Of a stretch of 64,000 nucleotides of DNA, positions 60,831 through 64,000 are shown in pieces. The first letter of the stretch is position 1. Every line of letters starts with the position of its first letter. The notes under the pieces are model-generated. The model did not search any database and was not told the DNA's origin. It saw only the letters and a list, made by a program, of their open reading frames with translations. The translations under genes were made by a program, and so were the position numbers. The DNA is from Desulfobacterales bacterium (GTDB taxonomy: Bacteria; Desulfobacterota; Desulfobacteria; Desulfobacterales; UBA2245). The DNA is taken from contig JAXGZF010000007.1 in NCBI GenBank assembly GCA_040771865.1, forward strand, positions 248,001 through 312,000, read 5' to 3'.

Positions 60831-63800
60831 ATGAACGACGGACAAGCGACAGTTCTGAAAAAGAAATACGGGCTGTGGGCGATCGGTGCGGCCGCGCTGA
60901 TCGGCGCAGTGCTTTTCACCTGGTTTCTGATGGTGCAGACCGACCGCGAATTGCGCGCCGAACTGCTTCAGCTGACCCGGCTGGCAGCCGGAGCTATGAA
61001 CCTCGACCGCGTCAAAATTCTAACGGGGACGGAAGCCGATCTGGACAGCCCCGCTTACCAGCAGATCAAGGAAAAGCTGATCTCCCTGCGCGCGGTCAAC
61101 CCGGATTGCCGGTTTGTCTATCTCATGGGCCGCAGGGTCGATGGGGCCGTCTTTATCTTCGCGGACAGCGAGCCGCCTGACTCGGAGGACTACTCCCCGC
61201 CCGGAGATTCCTACGAGGAGGTTTCGGAAAGCATTCTGCAGGTATTTGATTCCAAAACCATGGCTGTTGTCGGCCCGACCACGGACCGATGGGGAGTGTG
61301 GGTCTCTGGCATGGTTCCGATGATCGACCCGGAAACCTGCGACCTGGTCGCCGTGTTCGGCATGGATGTCGACGCCCGCGACTGGAAATGGAAGGTGGCC
61401 GAAAAAACGGTCCTGCCGGCGGGATTGATGCTTGTCCTGCTGATCGTGGTTTTTGCCTCCCGAATCGGCAGGCGTCGGGTCGCCGCCTCTCCCAGGCCGG
61501 TCCTGAACCGTCTGCTGCTTCCGCTGACGGGCATGGTGGTTTTATTGACGGTCGGATCCGGAGTGCTTCTGTGGCAGCAGTATCAGGATCAGATTGCCAG
61601 GGATGTGGCCCTTCTTATCGATGATACAAACCGTGATCTGAAAACAGCTGTGGATCAGCACGCATCGGCCTTGCTCGAGACTCTGAAGACCGTTGCCGCC
61701 AATTCCGGCAAGGCCCTGCGCGAGGGCGACGTTGACCGCCTTCTGGCGGACTGGCGTCCGGTCTATGACAGAATGCGCAGGGAAAACAACCTGACGCATT
61801 TTTACTTTTTAGATGCAAACCGCGCCTGCCTCCTGCGGGTTCACAATCCGGGGAAGCGCGGCGGCCTGATCGACCGTTTCACGGCGCTGGAGGCCGAACG
61901 GACCGGCGAAGCGGTTTCCGGCATCGAGCTGGGAAACCAGGGCACCTTAACCCTGCGGACGGTGCAGCCGGTTTTCGATGGCAACAAGCTCGCCGGCTAC
62001 GCGGAACTGGGCAAGGAAATCAGCAATGTGCTGGAATCGATGAGCCTTCGCCCCAACGTTCAGCTGGCACTGCTCGTCCACAAGGAACTCCTGAACCGCC
62101 GGGCTTTCGAGGAGGGAGCGCACCGGATCGGGAAAATGGTTGACTGGGATTTACTGCCGCACAGCGTCGTGATCCATGCCTCCCAAGGCAGCCTGCCCGG
62201 TGCCTTCGCCCCGGCGGCGGACCATGACCCGGCGGCGGAATACGCTCACAACCGGATCGATCAGAAGGTTGTCTTTGACGGGAAAAACTGGCGGGCATCC
62301 GCCGCTCCCCTGAAGGACGCTTCGGGCAAAGAGATCGGCCGCCTGCTGGTCATGTGCGACATCACCTCCGACCAGGCGGCTTTCAAACGTCTGACCGTTC
62401 TGGGCGGAACCGCCGTCGCGGTGCTGCTGTCCCTGCTGCTCGGCCTCATCTATGTGCTGCTCCACCGCACCGATACGGGAATACGCGCCCAGCAGGCGAT
62501 ACTGCAGGAAAGCGAGGAACGCCTGACCGCCACCCTGCGCTCGATCGGGGACGGCGTCATTACCTGCAACATGCGGGGCGAGACAGTCAGTCTCAACGCC
62601 GTGGCCGAAGCCATGACCGGCTGGAGCTCCGGCGAGGCTCAAGGACGGCCTGTATCGGAAATCTTCCGAATCATCCACGCCGAAACCCGCCAGAAAGCCG
62701 AGAACCCCGTCGTCCGGGTCCTGAACGAAAATATCGTCGTCGACCTGGCCAACCACACCGTACTCATCGCCCGGGACGGCACGGAACTTCATGTCGCCGA
62801 CAGCTGCGCGCCCATTCACAATGCGGCCGGCAGCGTCATCGGAGCCGTGCTGGTCTTCCGGGACGTGAGCGCGGCATACCGCCGGCGCGAACAGGACCGG
62901 TTTGAGATTCGCTTGCAGCAGACCGTCACCGAGTTGTCCGCACAATTCGTCAACATAACTGAAAACCAATTCGACAAGGCGGTCGATCAGGTCCTGTTCC
63001 GCCTGGGCATGCTCTTCGACGTGGACCGGAGTTATCTGTTTTCCTTTTCCGAAGACCTGAGCGCCATGGACAACACCCATGAATGGTGCGCTGCAGGCAT
63101 CGCCCCGCAAAAAGACCGGATTCAGAACTTTCCAACGGATACGATGCCCTGGTGGAAGGACCGAATGCTCGAGCTGAAACCTCTGCATATTCCCGAGGTC
63201 GAAGCCCTGCCGCCGGAAGCCGAAGCCGAAAAAAAGGAATTCCGGTTGCAGGACATACAGTCGCTGATCTGCCTGCCGATGCGAAACAACCGCGGCCTGC
63301 TCATGGGATTTCTTGGATTTGACGCCGTGCGCGCGCCGCGCATCTGGCCGGAGCATCAGATTCAGATGCTGCAAGTGGTCGCCGAAATCATCGGCAGCGC
63401 GATCAACCGGAACGAAGCACACCGGAAGCTGGGCCAAAGCGAGGCAAAATACCGGCTGCTGATCGAAAACAGCAACGAAATTATATACACCTTGAACCCC
63501 GACGGTGTGTTCACCTTTATCTCTCCGGCCTCGATGGTCCTGATCGGGTATCCGCCCAGCCAGATGGTCGGACAACATTTCGGAAAATTCATCCATCCGG
63601 ACGATCTTTCAAAGTGCCTGGCATTCCTGCGGAGGGTGGTTGAAACGGGCCAGCGGCAGGAGAGCGCCGAATATCGCCTCCGGCACATCAACGGAAACTG
63701 GAGATGGCACACCACCAACGTCGTTCCGCTCAAAGACAGATCCGGCAGAATCGCCGGTTTTCAGGGCACCTCACGGGACATCACCATCCGGAAACAGTCC

Positions 63801-64000
63801 GAGGTTGAACTGAGTGCGCAATCCCGTATGCGGCAACTGCTTTTGGATGTATCCTCTACCTACATCAACCTGCCTTCGGATGAGTTCGAAACAGCGATCC
63901 AGGATTCCCTGCGGCATCTGGCATCCCACATCGACGCGGACCGGGGGTATATTTTCAGGTACGATTTCGACCGGGGAATCTGCACCAACACCCACGAGTG
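60831..64000 (+). CDS. Large multidomain sensor (two extracytoplasmic Cache-like domains, PAS-GAF-PAS-GAF...), runs off the right edge; not in ORF track
   Basis: From ATG 60831: TM, FVYLM..F-FADSE..D-WG-W-S, TM-TM, THFYF..LRVH-P..GIELG, TM, PAS (TLRSIGDGVI..VLVFRDVS), GAF (NTHEW), PAS (IHPDD), GAF. The same frame reads sensibly at the window end. Confidence 0.88.
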   Translation, partial: MNDGQATVLKKKYGLWAIGAAALIGAVLFTWFLMVQTDRELRAELLQLTRLAAGAMNLDRVKILTGTEADLDSPAYQQIKEKLISLRAVNPDCRFVYLMGRRVDGAVFIFADSEPPDSEDYSPPGDSYEEVSESILQVFDSKTMAVVGPTTDRWGVWVSGMVPMIDPETCDLVAVFGMDVDARDWKWKVAEKTVLPAGLMLVLLIVVFASRIGRRRVAASPRPVLNRLLLPLTGMVVLLTVGSGVLLWQQYQDQIARDVALLIDDTNRDLKTAVDQHASALLETLKTVAANSGKALREGDVDRLLADWRPVYDRMRRENNLTHFYFLDANRACLLRVHNPGKRGGLIDRFTALEAERTGEAVSGIELGNQGTLTLRTVQPVFDGNKLAGYAELGKEISNVLESMSLRPNVQLALLVHKELLNRRAFEEGAHRIGKMVDWDLLPHSVVIHASQGSLPGAFAPAADHDPAAEYAHNRIDQKVVFDGKNWRASAAPLKDASGKEIGRLLVMCDITSDQAAFKRLTVLGGTAVAVLLSLLLGLIYVLLHRTDTGIRAQQAILQESEERLTATLRSIGDGVITCNMRGETVSLNAVAEAMTGWSSGEAQGRPVSEIFRIIHAETRQKAENPVVRVLNENIVVDLANHTVLIARDGTELHVADSCAPIHNAAGSVIGAVLVFRDVSAAYRRREQDRFEIRLQQTVTELSAQFVNITENQFDKAVDQVLFRLGMLFDVDRSYLFSFSEDLSAMDNTHEWCAAGIAPQKDRIQNFPTDTMPWWKDRMLELKPLHIPEVEALPPEAEAEKKEFRLQDIQSLICLPMRNNRGLLMGFLGFDAVRAPRIWPEHQIQMLQVVAEIIGSAINRNEAHRKLGQSEAKYRLLIENSNEIIYTLNPDGVFTFISPASMVLIGYPPSQMVGQHFGKFIHPDDLSKCLAFLRRVVETGQRQESAEYRLRHINGNWRWHTTNVVPLKDRSGRIAGFQGTSRDITIRKQSEVELSAQSRMRQLLLDVSSTYINLPSDEFETAIQDSLRHLASHIDADRGYIFRYDFDRGICTNTHE

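Noticed and set aside
62151..63596. 481-aa minus-strand ORF
   Set aside because: Antisense to the PAS/GAF sensor on the plus strand.
1..64000. CRISPR array, rRNA or prophage
   Set aside because: No regularly spaced repeats, rRNA-like tracts or phage structural genes were seen.

Overview
A 64-kb bacterial chromosomal window. Gene content and protein style suggest an anaerobic Desulfobacterota (deltaproteobacterial) organism; this is inference. Housekeeping backbone: mltD, tRNA-Arg(CCT), rfbA, U32 protein/cobO, gyrA-gpsA-radC-hyp-pgk-TVP38, tgt-umuD-umuC-queE-queD, ppdK, map, rarA, der, a four-gene 2-oxoacid oxidoreductase operon, ybdL, thi4 with a TPP riboswitch, and a BtuF-like gene with a cobalamin riboswitch. 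Accessory blocks: two runs of short co-oriented genes separated by eroded attC-like sites (0.9-4.3 kb and 40-44.7 kb, the second with mrr), an internally deleted IS66 element, two ~143-bp MITE-like copies, a three-gene signalling block, a TolC/HlyD/RbbA/YhhJ efflux operon with a truncated lpxR, and a large Cache/PAS/GAF sensor running off the right end. No CRISPR array, rRNA, prophage or integrase was seen. I found no unambiguous new multi-gene system. The best leads are the decayed integron-cassette-like arrays, umuDC embedded in the queuosine genes, the MITE family, and a DsrL/GltD-type module inserted into the oxidoreductase delta subunit. All calls come from reading motifs by eye; no searches were run.
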